From Myxococcota bacterium (GTDB taxonomy: Bacteria > Myxococcota_A > UBA796 > GCA-2862545), in NCBI GenBank assembly GCA_039208735.1, contig JBCCQY010000165.1, positions 1-21,458 on the forward strand: a stretch of 21,458 nt of DNA, read 5' to 3'. The position numbers and the translations under genes were made by a program. Positions 1 through 8,200 of this stretch are shown here, piece after piece (the stretch's first letter is position 1; each line of letters opens with the position of its first letter). Below the pieces are notes generated by a model. That model saw only the letters and a list, made by a program, of their open reading frames with translations, did no database searches and had not been told where the DNA came from.

Positions 1-289
1 ATCCCAGCCCCAGCATCTGGTCTGCCTCGGTCCGGCTCGCGGTGAGCATCAGGATGCCGCCATCGAAGTCGTCTCTTGCACGGCGACAGATCTCCAGTCC
101 GTCCAAGCCCGGCAGCATCAGGTCGAGGACGACCACATCGGGATTCAAATCGCGAATGCGCCCAAGCGTTCGAGCGCCGTCGTCTTCAAGGTGGATGTCG
201 AAGCCCGCAGCTCCCAGGTACTCCCCCAAGAGCTGGAGCAGGCCCGGGTCGTCTTCGACGATCAGGATGCTTGCGGACTGTGTTTGCAT
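1..289 (-). CDS. Two-component response regulator, OmpR/PhoB-like receiver domain (3' end runs off the window)
   Basis: Not in the ORF track. Manual translation from ATG at 289: MQTQSASILIVEDDPGLLQLLGEYLGAAGFDIHLEDDGARTLGRIRDLNPDVVVLDLMLPGLDGLEICRRARDDFDGGILMLTASRTEADQMLGLG. Shows receiver motifs ILIVEDD, LDLMLPGLDG (phospho-Asp) and MLTA. Confidence 0.93.
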   Translation of the reverse strand, partial: MQTQSASILIVEDDPGLLQLLGEYLGAAGFDIHLEDDGARTLGRIRDLNPDVVVLDLMLPGLDGLEICRRARDDFDGGILMLTASRTEADQMLGLG

Positions 290-312
290 GACGTCAGCGT
301 ACCCGAACGCGC

Positions 313-1245
313 TCAGAGGTTCGTTTCGAAGAACGTCGCAATGGCCGACCGGTTTTCGTCGGACTCGAACGCGGGACCCCCGTGGCCGGCGCCTTCGAAC
401 AGGTCGAACGTGACGCCGTCTTCACCGAGTGAGGCTCGTAGGGCGTCGGCGAAGTTCTGGCTCTGGGTGTAGGGAATGAGGGGGTCCACATCTCCGGCCT
501 GCACGAGGAAGGCAGCATCGTCGGCATCGATGTAGGTCGTGGGGTTTGCAAGCGCGGTCACTTCGGGGTCCGACTGCACCGGGAACCCCATGTACTGCGA
601 CTCGAAGGAGTTCTTGGCATCGGTATTCGTGGTGAAACCGAGGGCCGCGGACTGCTCGTCGATGGTGAGGAAATCCACGGGAGCGAACATCGCCACCGTC
701 GCCGTGACCTTCGACGACAGCGTGGCGTTGCCCAGCTCGGCACCCTCGACAAAGGCGTCGCCCGACGAGGTGCCAAGCATCGCGGCGAGGTTTGCCCCCG
801 CCGACTCACCCCACGATCCGATGCGGTTGGTGTCGAGGCGGTACAGATCAGCATTCGCCCTTAAGAAGCGGACGGCAGCCTTCGCGTCCTCCACCGCAGC
901 CGGAAACGTTGCCTCGCCACTGAGGCGGTAGTTGATGCTGGCGGCGGCGATGTCACGGCTCACGAGAAATGCGGCGCTGCTCGCCATCGCCGCCTTGTCG
1001 CCGGTGAAGAACCCTCCGCCGTGGATCAATACGACAACCGGAAAGGGCCCGGAGCCGGCAGGAATAGAGAGATCTAGCGCCTGTGCGGACGACAGGGCGG
1101 CGTAAGGGAGATCCTCGAACGTCTGTGCTTCAAGGTTTGCAACGGCGGTGTCGTCGGGGCGCAGGGCTCCAGAGTCGGTGGCATTGTCGCTGGGAGAGCA
1201 AGCCACCGCGAAGAGCAGTGGCGGAATCAGGCTTAAGGCGTTCAT
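313..1245 (-). CDS. Alpha/beta hydrolase (HSL/BD-FAE-like esterase/lipase), predicted lipoprotein
   Basis: HGGGF oxyanion motif, INYRLS, FPAAVEDAKAAVRFLR, nucleophile elbow GESAG, C-terminal D (GDVDPLIP) and H (GAGHGG). Lipobox FAVAC; GGAGG RBS upstream. Confidence 0.92.
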   Translation of the reverse strand: MNALSLIPPLLFAVACSPSDNATDSGALRPDDTAVANLEAQTFEDLPYAALSSAQALDLSIPAGSGPFPVVVLIHGGGFFTGDKAAMASSAAFLVSRDIAAASINYRLSGEATFPAAVEDAKAAVRFLRANADLYRLDTNRIGSWGESAGANLAAMLGTSSGDAFVEGAELGNATLSSKVTATVAMFAPVDFLTIDEQSAALGFTTNTDAKNSFESQYMGFPVQSDPEVTALANPTTYIDADDAAFLVQAGDVDPLIPYTQSQNFADALRASLGEDGVTFDLFEGAGHGGPAFESDENRSAIATFFETNL

Positions 1246-1332
1246 GAGCGTCCTCCACCCCCAGTAGAACGGGTAGGGACGACGGCTTCCGTTTCCCGCG
1301 ACGCTCGTTTCGTTTCGTTTTGTGGCGAGGCG

Positions 1333-1725
1333 CTAGAATGTCGGCCATTTGGAAGGGATTTCCTTCCAAAGCCAGCGCAGCCCAAATGCCGGAATCACCA
1401 ACAGCACCACCGTAAACACCCCAAGTTGAATCGCGACCTCACGCTCTGGCCCCTGCGCAAAGCCGACCACGATGTCGACGAAGTCGGTCAGGTAGCGCGC
1501 ACCGATCGTGCCGAGCAGCGCCGTCCGACTTCGAAGGACCAACCCTGCGAACGCTACCCCGAAAGCCATCGTGAGGTTGCGGGTCACATAGAGGCGGCCA
1601 AATACGTCAAGCGTTTCTGCCCCCCAGATCGACGGGTCGATAAGGGTAGCAAATCCAAAGAATGTCGGCACGACCACTTCGATGCCGATCACCAACCACA
1701 GCCACTTTGGCCAAGCCTCGTTCAT
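1333..1725 (-). CDS. Small integral membrane protein (about 4 TM, DUF4267-like)
   Basis: Four hydrophobic stretches; 'LYVTRNLTMAFG' and 'RYLTDFVD' resemble DUF4267-type proteins. GAAGGAG RBS upstream. Confidence 0.7.
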   Translation of the reverse strand: MNEAWPKWLWLVIGIEVVVPTFFGFATLIDPSIWGAETLDVFGRLYVTRNLTMAFGVAFAGLVLRSRTALLGTIGARYLTDFVDIVVGFAQGPEREVAIQLGVFTVVLLVIPAFGLRWLWKEIPSKWPTF

Positions 1726-1787
1726 CTGTCTTCTCCTTCGTGCGGTGCTTGCTCGACTTGGAAACTTCCTGTTTCGCAGGCCGTCAT
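1722..1787 (-). other. 21-aa mini-ORF (MTACETGSFQVEQAPHEGEDR): internally deleted gene remnant or leader peptide
   Basis: ATG at 1787 preceded by GGGAGGGG; its TGA (1722-1724) overlaps the ATG of the next gene (ATGA coupling). Confidence 0.35.
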
Positions 1788-1836
1788 GGTGCGCACCCCT
1801 CCCAGCGCCGAGGAGGGCATTGAGCGCTCACAGACA

Positions 1837-1862
1837 AATTTGATACCATCCGGTTTCAAATT
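1837..1862. promoter_or_regulatory. Inverted-repeat operator (TetR-like geometry)
   Basis: AATTTGATACC-ATCC-GGTTTCAAATT: 11-bp arms with 1 mismatch, AT-rich island upstream of the minus-strand 1787/1725 genes. Confidence 0.6.
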
Positions 1863-1930
1863 AGCAGCGACCCGCCGCCGCGTCAACGATTAAAAAACCA
1901 CACGGATCCAAATCGTGGCTCACCACAGAC

Positions 1931-2518
1931 TCACCGTGCGTTTGCGTCATCGAGCGCCTCGGCAACCCTGGCCCGCAACGCCGGAAGCACCTCCGATGTG
2001 AACCATGGATTGCGCTTCATCCAGATGCGGCTGCGCCATGACGGGTGCGGTAGGGGGAAGAAGTCTGGGCCGTAGTCTCCGAAGGCCCGCACGGTCTCGG
2101 TCAACGTCGGACGTCGGCGGTCGCCCAGGTACCATTTCTGCGCATACTGCCCCACGAGGAGCGTCAACCGGCGGTGCGGCAACGTATCGAGCAAGCGGCG
2201 GTGCCAGGTCTCAGCACAACGCGCGGGGGGAGGCAAGTCGCCGCTCTTCCCTCGGCCAGGGAAGCAGAATGCCATGGGCAGGATGCCGAACGACCTCGGA
2301 TCGTCGAAGGTTTCGCGGTCCACGTCGAGCCACTCAATCAGGTGTTCGCCCGAGCGATCGTCCCATGGAACACCAGATGCGTGGACTCGAGCCCCCGGCG
2401 CCTGGCCGATCACGAGAACGCGGCTGACCGGGTCGAGCCGCAGCACTGGCCTTGGTTCCAGCTGCTCTGCGCAAAGCGCACAGGCGCGCACAAGGGGGAG
2501 CGACTCACGCTGCTGCAT
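1931..2518 (-). CDS. Uracil-DNA glycosylase superfamily protein
   Basis: Motif A LVIGQAPG-x-RVHASGVPWDDRSG, 'PMAFCFPGRGKSGDLPP', 'LLVGQYAQ', motif B PLPHPS, 'WMKRNPWF'. Confidence 0.92.
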   Translation of the reverse strand: MQQRESLPLVRACALCAEQLEPRPVLRLDPVSRVLVIGQAPGARVHASGVPWDDRSGEHLIEWLDVDRETFDDPRSFGILPMAFCFPGRGKSGDLPPPARCAETWHRRLLDTLPHRRLTLLVGQYAQKWYLGDRRRPTLTETVRAFGDYGPDFFPLPHPSWRSRIWMKRNPWFTSEVLPALRARVAEALDDANAR

Positions 2519-2678
2519 GTGTCCGCTCCCCTCGGTAGGTGGCCGGCGTCCTCATTGGTCCATGATCTGGTCGAATCGGTGGCTCGCCTGAATTGGGTAA
2601 TCTGCTGCAAAGCCATCTTCTCACCCTTTTCCGGCAAATCCCTCGACGCCAGACGAGTCTCGAGCTAACCAACGCCCC

Positions 2679-3113
2679 ATGTTGAAAGCCATTTTCATTA
2701 GCGTCCCTCTCTTTCTTCTCGTCACGGGTTGCAGCGGCGACGAAGACACCCCGTTGGAGACCGCAGAGACCGCAGAGACCGCGGATCCTGGCACCACTAT
2801 GCCGGCCCCCACCGGTGATAACGAATGGGCCGCGCCATGTGGCGATGGGCTGCCAGACTGTCCGGCGGACCAGACCTGCTACATGCCGCCGCTTCCTGAC
2901 GGCAGCACGACCCAGGGGTACTGTTCGCCCAGTTGTTCCGAAGACGCAGAGTGCACCGACGGTTTCTTTGGACCGGGCACTGCCACTTGCTTCGTTCCTC
3001 CATTTTGCCTGATCTCATGCGACCAGGCCTTCGGCGAGGACTTGTGCCCAGAAGGGTTGACCTGCCTTCCCACCGGGGGGCCCACCAACGCGTGCGGCAT
3101 CTTCGAGGAGTGA
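2679..3113 (+). CDS. Cys-rich lipoprotein of unknown function
   Basis: Lipobox LVTG-C, low-complexity ETAETAETA linker, then a domain with 12 Cys (e.g. GYCSPSCSEDAEC, FCLISC, CPEGLTC). Confidence 0.8.
   Translation: MLKAIFISVPLFLLVTGCSGDEDTPLETAETAETADPGTTMPAPTGDNEWAAPCGDGLPDCPADQTCYMPPLPDGSTTQGYCSPSCSEDAECTDGFFGPGTATCFVPPFCLISCDQAFGEDLCPEGLTCLPTGGPTNACGIFEE
2757..2783 (+). repeat. 9-bp tandem repeat (GAGACCGCA x3) encoding ETA-ETA-ETA
   Basis: gagaccgca gagaccgca gagaccgcg read directly. Confidence 0.85.
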
Positions 3114-3120
3114 TCGTGGG

Positions 3121-3447
3121 TCAAGGTGCTTGCAGCGACTCCCCATAGTGGGCAATGTCGGCAATCTCTTGGTCCGCCAGACGGTCCGCGTAGCGAGGCA
3201 TTCCGGTTCGGCTGTTGAGCATGGCATCGACAAAGACCGGAAACTCTCGATCCCAGATGTTGCTGCCAATGCCTCCAGAGCCATCGGCGGCATGACAAGC
3301 GGCGCAATTGTCGAGATAGAGCGACTGTCCGTTGGCGAGGTCGGGTGACAGGGACAAAATCTTCGTCTCTCGCGTCGCGGTGTCTGCAGAGGTAACGGCG
3401 GTTTCCTCGTCTCCTGAACAGGAGAGGAGCAAACCGAACCAAACCAT
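3121..3447 (-). CDS. Class I monoheme cytochrome c, predicted lipoprotein
   Basis: GQSLYLDNCAACH heme-binding motif, distal Met in GMPRY, C-terminal helix 'LADQEIADIAHY'. Lipobox LLLS-C. Start placed at ATG 3447 after a GGAGG RBS. Confidence 0.88.
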   Translation of the reverse strand: MVWFGLLLSCSGDEETAVTSADTATRETKILSLSPDLANGQSLYLDNCAACHAADGSGGIGSNIWDREFPVFVDAMLNSRTGMPRYADRLADQEIADIAHYGESLQAP

Positions 3448-3523
3448 TGAGACCACGGGACCTCCAAGAGCCCACATTGTGTGCGCTCGGTTCTTCTCGA
3501 TATGCAGGGATCGTCACATCATC

Positions 3524-3542
3524 GAAAATGAATTTCATATTC
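3524..3542. promoter_or_regulatory. Fur-box-like palindrome 1
   Basis: GAAAATGA-ATT-TCATATTC; 13/19 to the classical GATAATGATAATCATTATC and 17/19 to the box at 21385. Lies 12 bp upstream of the MxcI-like ATG. Confidence 0.75.
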
Positions 3543-3554
3543 ATCTGGTGGAGG

Positions 3555-4739
3555 ATGCACGTGCGACACTGGACCATACTTGCTGCCGCCCTAGGCGTTG
3601 CTTGTACCGGCGAGACCGAAGAAGATCCGGTTGTTCCAGAGGCCGAGGAGGCTTGGCTAATCGGCGTTCGGGTGCGGACTCCGGATTCCCGCAGCGTGTT
3701 TGCGGTGGTGGTCGAAGACCCGGCGGAGGCCCAAACCATCGATCTGTCCGGTGCGATCGAGTTCAGTGGCGCCTCTCGCTTGTTTGCCGTTGATGGGTAC
3801 ATCTACGCGATGGATAGCGAATCGGGTGTGGTCAATCGCCTCGAGGTCGGGTCAGACAGCACGGTGCGCACCTTGGACACGTTTTCGATGCAGGGCGAAG
3901 GCGTGACCTCGTTCCGGAGCACGTTCGCGTTCGTTTCTCCCGAACGGGCCTACTACATCGATGTTGTGAACGATCAGATCATCGTCTGGAATCCCACAAC
4001 GATGGCGCTAATCGAGTCCGTCCCCTTCGAGGCCCCCGATCAAGGCGGGCTTGGGCTCGCAGGCGGAACCCCGGTCGTCACAGGCGATCAGGTGATCATG
4101 CCGGTGTCGTGGTCCAACCTCACGACTCTCGACTTTTACCCGGCGGTGGCTGCGATGTTGGTTTCGACGACCGATCCCATCTCTGTGACCTTCATCGAGG
4201 ACGCCCGCTGCGTGAGTTCTGGCGGTGGCTTCGTCGATGACGCCGGCGACTATTACCTGCTCGGGGACAGCTCGGGCGGAGCCGTCGAGCTGCTGGAGCC
4301 GGACACCGCCCCTCCATCCTGCTTGCTACGGATTCCAAGCGGCGAAACTAGCTTCGACCCTGACTTCTCGATCACGATGTCCGAGCTGACCGGGCGGCCT
4401 TATGTCAACAGCATCGCCGGCATCGGCGACGGAACTGCCGTGGTGCAGGTCTTTGATCCAAGCGTCTCACTCGAGGGTCTGGATCCATTGGAGTTTGTTG
4501 CGCTTTCGGCCTGGCAGTGGGCCCGCATTGACACTGTCGCGGAGACCGCCGAACTCGTAGAACGCGAACCGGCTCGGGTGGGGTTCGGTCCGTTCGCCGA
4601 CGATCAGGCCTTCTACCTACCTGAATTCCAGAACGAGACCGGCCAGTCGGAGTTGGTCATCTGGCCGCATGGTGACGCTGAGCCTTCGGTCGGACCGAAC
4701 GTGACAGGCGAGATTCAGGTCGTCAGCCGCATCCGTTGA
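3555..4739 (+). CDS. MxcI-like lipoprotein (beta-propeller-like, associated with iron uptake in myxobacteria)
   Basis: Lipobox LGVA-C; RBS GGAGG then ATG 3555. Motifs 'AIEFSG', 'FVSPERAYY...QIIVWNPTTM', 'EDARC' and 'CLLRIPSGETSFDPDF' are recalled from MxcI-family proteins. Fur-like box directly upstream. Confidence 0.7.
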   Translation: MHVRHWTILAAALGVACTGETEEDPVVPEAEEAWLIGVRVRTPDSRSVFAVVVEDPAEAQTIDLSGAIEFSGASRLFAVDGYIYAMDSESGVVNRLEVGSDSTVRTLDTFSMQGEGVTSFRSTFAFVSPERAYYIDVVNDQIIVWNPTTMALIESVPFEAPDQGGLGLAGGTPVVTGDQVIMPVSWSNLTTLDFYPAVAAMLVSTTDPISVTFIEDARCVSSGGGFVDDAGDYYLLGDSSGGAVELLEPDTAPPSCLLRIPSGETSFDPDFSITMSELTGRPYVNSIAGIGDGTAVVQVFDPSVSLEGLDPLEFVALSAWQWARIDTVAETAELVEREPARVGFGPFADDQAFYLPEFQNETGQSELVIWPHGDAEPSVGPNVTGEIQVVSRIR

Positions 4740-4848
4740 TCGTGTCCACCGCCCGGTGACGGCGACGGCTCGCCCGTCTCTGTAGGATCGCGGAGGGGTG
4801 AGCCCGTTCGGTGGGGTTCCGAGAGACCCAACACCTAAACGGAGACTC

Positions 4849-5265
4849 ATGATGATGATCGGATGGATGGTTGCCACGGCTGTGGCAGCGCCCCCGCAAG
4901 CGCGGGACTACAGCAACCTCGCGAACCACTTGCAAAGCTGTCCCATTGGCTGGCAAGACCTGTTCGCCGACATCCAAAAGTCCGGCCTCGCGGGCATGGA
5001 CAGTGCGGGCCTGGAGTACGCGGTGGGCTGGGTGTACCCCGCCTGGCCCGATCCGGTGTCGCTGACGCTGTATGACGATGCGACGGACACCGTGCTCGGT
5101 GGAGCGGTGGCCGACGACCAAGGCCAAGTGACGCCCTGGGGCGATGTCATCGACATGGAGCCCGTTCGACTCGCGCGGAACTGCGCCGTGCCCACGCGAT
5201 CGATCGACCTGGTTCGGGTGTACACCGCGGCCAACCCCAGCGGCCTGCTTTTGCTGGTTCGTTGA
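4849..5265 (+). CDS. Hypothetical secreted protein
   Basis: GGAG RBS before ATG 4849; short signal-peptide-like MMMIGWMVATAVAAPP; two Cys; no recognised family. Confidence 0.65.
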   Translation: MMMIGWMVATAVAAPPQARDYSNLANHLQSCPIGWQDLFADIQKSGLAGMDSAGLEYAVGWVYPAWPDPVSLTLYDDATDTVLGGAVADDQGQVTPWGDVIDMEPVRLARNCAVPTRSIDLVRVYTAANPSGLLLLVR

Positions 5266-5298
5266 GGTGCAGCCTGAGGCCCGCATCCCGAGGGAGTG

Positions 5299-8200
5299 TC
5301 ATGGCGCACAAACCATCGAGATGTCGTCGATGTGCGTCTGGTCCGAGATGAGCGAGCCCATGTCCGAGCGGAATCGGAACCGGAATTCGACATCGAAGGC
5401 GCTCGGATCCGCGATCGTTCCTGATCGAAGTACGAATCCGAAGTCGTTGCTGCCCCCAAACACGGTGTCCGCATTGACCCAGGCCCCGGCGGCCGCGTCG
5501 TACCATTCAAAGAACAAATCATCGCCGCTCTCGGGCAGCTGTGGGCCTCGACGGGCCCGGTAGCTCCACTCCAGGGCGCTGCATCCGCTGGTGTCGAAGG
5601 CGATGGACTCGGCCCAGGTGAGTCCCGCCATGGACAGGCTGTAGCTGCCGGAGTGGGCCTGCCGGTCCGTGCGCCATCCTTCACCCCGCACGGCCTCCCA
5701 AATCGGAGCCGGAACGACGGGCTCGAATCCGACGAACACGTCGGGACCGTCCACTCCGGTGCAATCCTGATCCACGCCGTCTCCAACGACGTCCAGCGCG
5801 CCAGGGTAGCGAAGTGCATCGGCGTCGTCGCAGTCCGCGAGATCGCAGAGTTCTCCTGTACCGTCGCCGTCCTCGTCGGTGCAGCTGTGGCAGCGGAACT
5901 GTTGGAAGGCGTCGCTGTCATCACAGTCGAGCAGCTCGACGACACCGTCGAGGTCGTTGTCGTTGCCCGCGCAGCCCACCCGGAACCCGTCGATGCGGGT
6001 TGGATCGTAAAACGATGTGAGCAGGTCTGAGCCCACGAACCGAAGCCGGAAATCGGAGCGGAAGGCGGCCGGGTCCGTGAGGAGGCCGAAGCGTGGAGTC
6101 ACCTCCTCACCCTGGCCAAACTGGTCGATGAGGTTCCACGAGGCTCCATCCCACCATTCGACGTCCACGACGGGCTGGTCTTCCACAAGCCAGACGTCTT
6201 CGGCCAAGAAACCCCAGGCAACCGCGCTGCATGCTCGGGTATCGAGGTCGTTGGTCTCGAGACGCGGCAAGCTCGCGAGGTCGAGCCAGGCATCCCCGGC
6301 AAAGACGTAGGGTCGGTTCGGGTACAATTCTGGCACCGTATCGGAGTAGTAGACCGCGCCCGAAACCGAGTTGAGATCCCATACGATCGGGTCGAGGCGC
6401 CGCAGCTCGAAGTCGTCGTGAAAGCCTGGCCCATCGGCGCCCGAGCAGTCCTGGTCGATCCCGTCTATGGGATCGGCGGCCCCTGGATGCACGAGGGAAT
6501 CGGTGTCGTCGCAGTCGGCCGCGAAGTCACAGCGAACGCCAAAACCGTCACCGTCGTCATCGATGCATCGACCGCACGAAGACCATTGCATGGGATCCGT
6601 GTCGTTACAGTCAAGGGCGCTCGGCACACCGTCACCATCGCCATCTCCGTCCGAGCAGCCCACCGAGAATTGGTCGATGACGAACAATGGCTCGTCGCTC
6701 GCCGTGTGTCGAAGCTGGACGTGGAGGTTTGCGACGTTTGCGCCGGCCGGAAACAGGCCCTCAAATCGTCGCCACGGAGCTGACGCGTTCGCCCCTTCGA
6801 CGCGGACGATTTCGGTAAGTCCCGCACCGGTGCCCAAGGCCAACACCACGTCCTCTCCAACGTTTGGAAAGGTGCGCTCCAGCTCCCCGAGCCGAATGTC
6901 GAACCGATAGGCAACCTCGTTGCAGGCGCTTGCGTCGAGCAGGCGGCTCTCGAGCACCCCAGAGGGCAGAGCATCGTCGAGCGCCCCGAGTTTCAACCCG
7001 AAGTGGCCCTCGGTGCGGTACGACGGGGTGCGGGAAAGGTCGTCGGCGATGACGACCCACCGTTGGGGGCGTAAGGGCTCCTCGAAATTGTCGGTCAACA
7101 GGGCTTGGCCATCTGCACCGTCACAGTCTTGGTCGATGCCGTCGCCGAACGTGTCGAGGGCCGCCCCCGGGAAGATCGAGGAATCTCCATCATTGCAGTC
7201 CTCGGGCAAGTCACAATCCCGACCAAACCCGTCTCCATCGACATCGAGGCAGGTCTCGCACGTTGTCACGACGAAGGGGCGCCCATCATCACAGTCGAGT
7301 TCGGCGCGAATCCCGTCCTGGTCGGCATCGTTTTCGACACAAGCGAAACCAAAGTCGTGGATATCGAACGCGACCTGGCTCCCCCCTTCCACGTCGAGCC
7401 GCATGGCGAAGTCCGCTCGCAGTGCCGCCGGGTCGTCGATGGTGCCCACGAGGCGTCGGCGTTCGAAGGCTTCCCGCTCGCCAGGCCACATGAAGGTGGG
7501 CACAAACCCAAACCCATTGAAGTACGACAGCGTTAATTCGGCATCGCGCTCGAGTTCCGCCTCGGCAGTGGCCGTGAGATGCCAGTTGATCGCTGTACAA
7601 CTGCGAACGTCGATGCCCGTGGTCTCGAGTTGCGCGGGGTCGTGGAGCCGGACGTACCGGTCGCCGGGGTCACCCAGAAGCGAGGCGTCACCCGCCCAGC
7701 TTCGCCATTGTAGCGGGTCCGGCTCGTCGAGTTCGAGGTCCTCGAAGAAGCCCGGGCCGTCAAACCCATCGCAGTCGGTGTCGATCCCGTCGCCGATGGG
7801 GTCCGGGGCGCCGAAGTGGATGGTGGCGTCGGTCTCATCGCAGTCTCGGCCGAGGTTGCAATCCGTGCCATAGCCGTCGCCATCGCTGTCGCTGCAGCGC
7901 CCACAGGCCGTCCAAAGTGTGCTGTCGGTGGGGTCACAGTCGAGGTCGTCGCCTACCCCGTCTCCGTCGCCATCAGGCGCGCCACAGCCCACGAAGAAAT
8001 CGTCGAAGCGAAATCCTGAAACTGTAGGATCAGGGTAGGGGTTGCGCAGGCGCAGGCGAAAGTCGGTAGCGAAAACCCCGGGTCCGCGGATCGATCCTTC
8101 GAGGGTTTCGCCAAGGTTCTCATCGACGTCGTCGATCACCGAGCGCCAGTCGGTGCCGTCCCAGTAGTCGAGAAGGTACTGAAAGACCGCATTGGCCGCG

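Noticed and set aside
1821..1830. TGAGCGCTCA palindrome identical to the core of the symmetric lac operator
   Set aside because: Only 10 bp, flanks do not match, no LacI gene or vector sequence nearby; expected by chance.
1931..2518. UDG-like gene or STAND ATPase (12759-15398) as an anti-phage defence system
   Set aside because: The UDG-like protein looks like the widespread stand-alone type. The STAND protein carries a DNA-binding wHTH rather than a nuclease/TIR/SIR2 effector, and no defence genes flank either.
2519..2640. Possible gene remnant (MALQQITQF...) upstream of the UDG-like gene
   Set aside because: There is an RBS-like sequence and ATG, but it is too short and has no recognisable homology.
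2684..2702. Fourth Fur-like sequence GAAAGCCATTTTCATTAGC
   Set aside because: 14/19 to box 3 but poorly palindromic and inside codons 2-8 of a signal peptide; explainable by coding.
2879..3802. 307-aa minus-strand ORF; likewise 4908-5945, 11317-12309 and 14319-15056
   Set aside because: They overlap well-supported genes in other frames and have no recognisable motifs.
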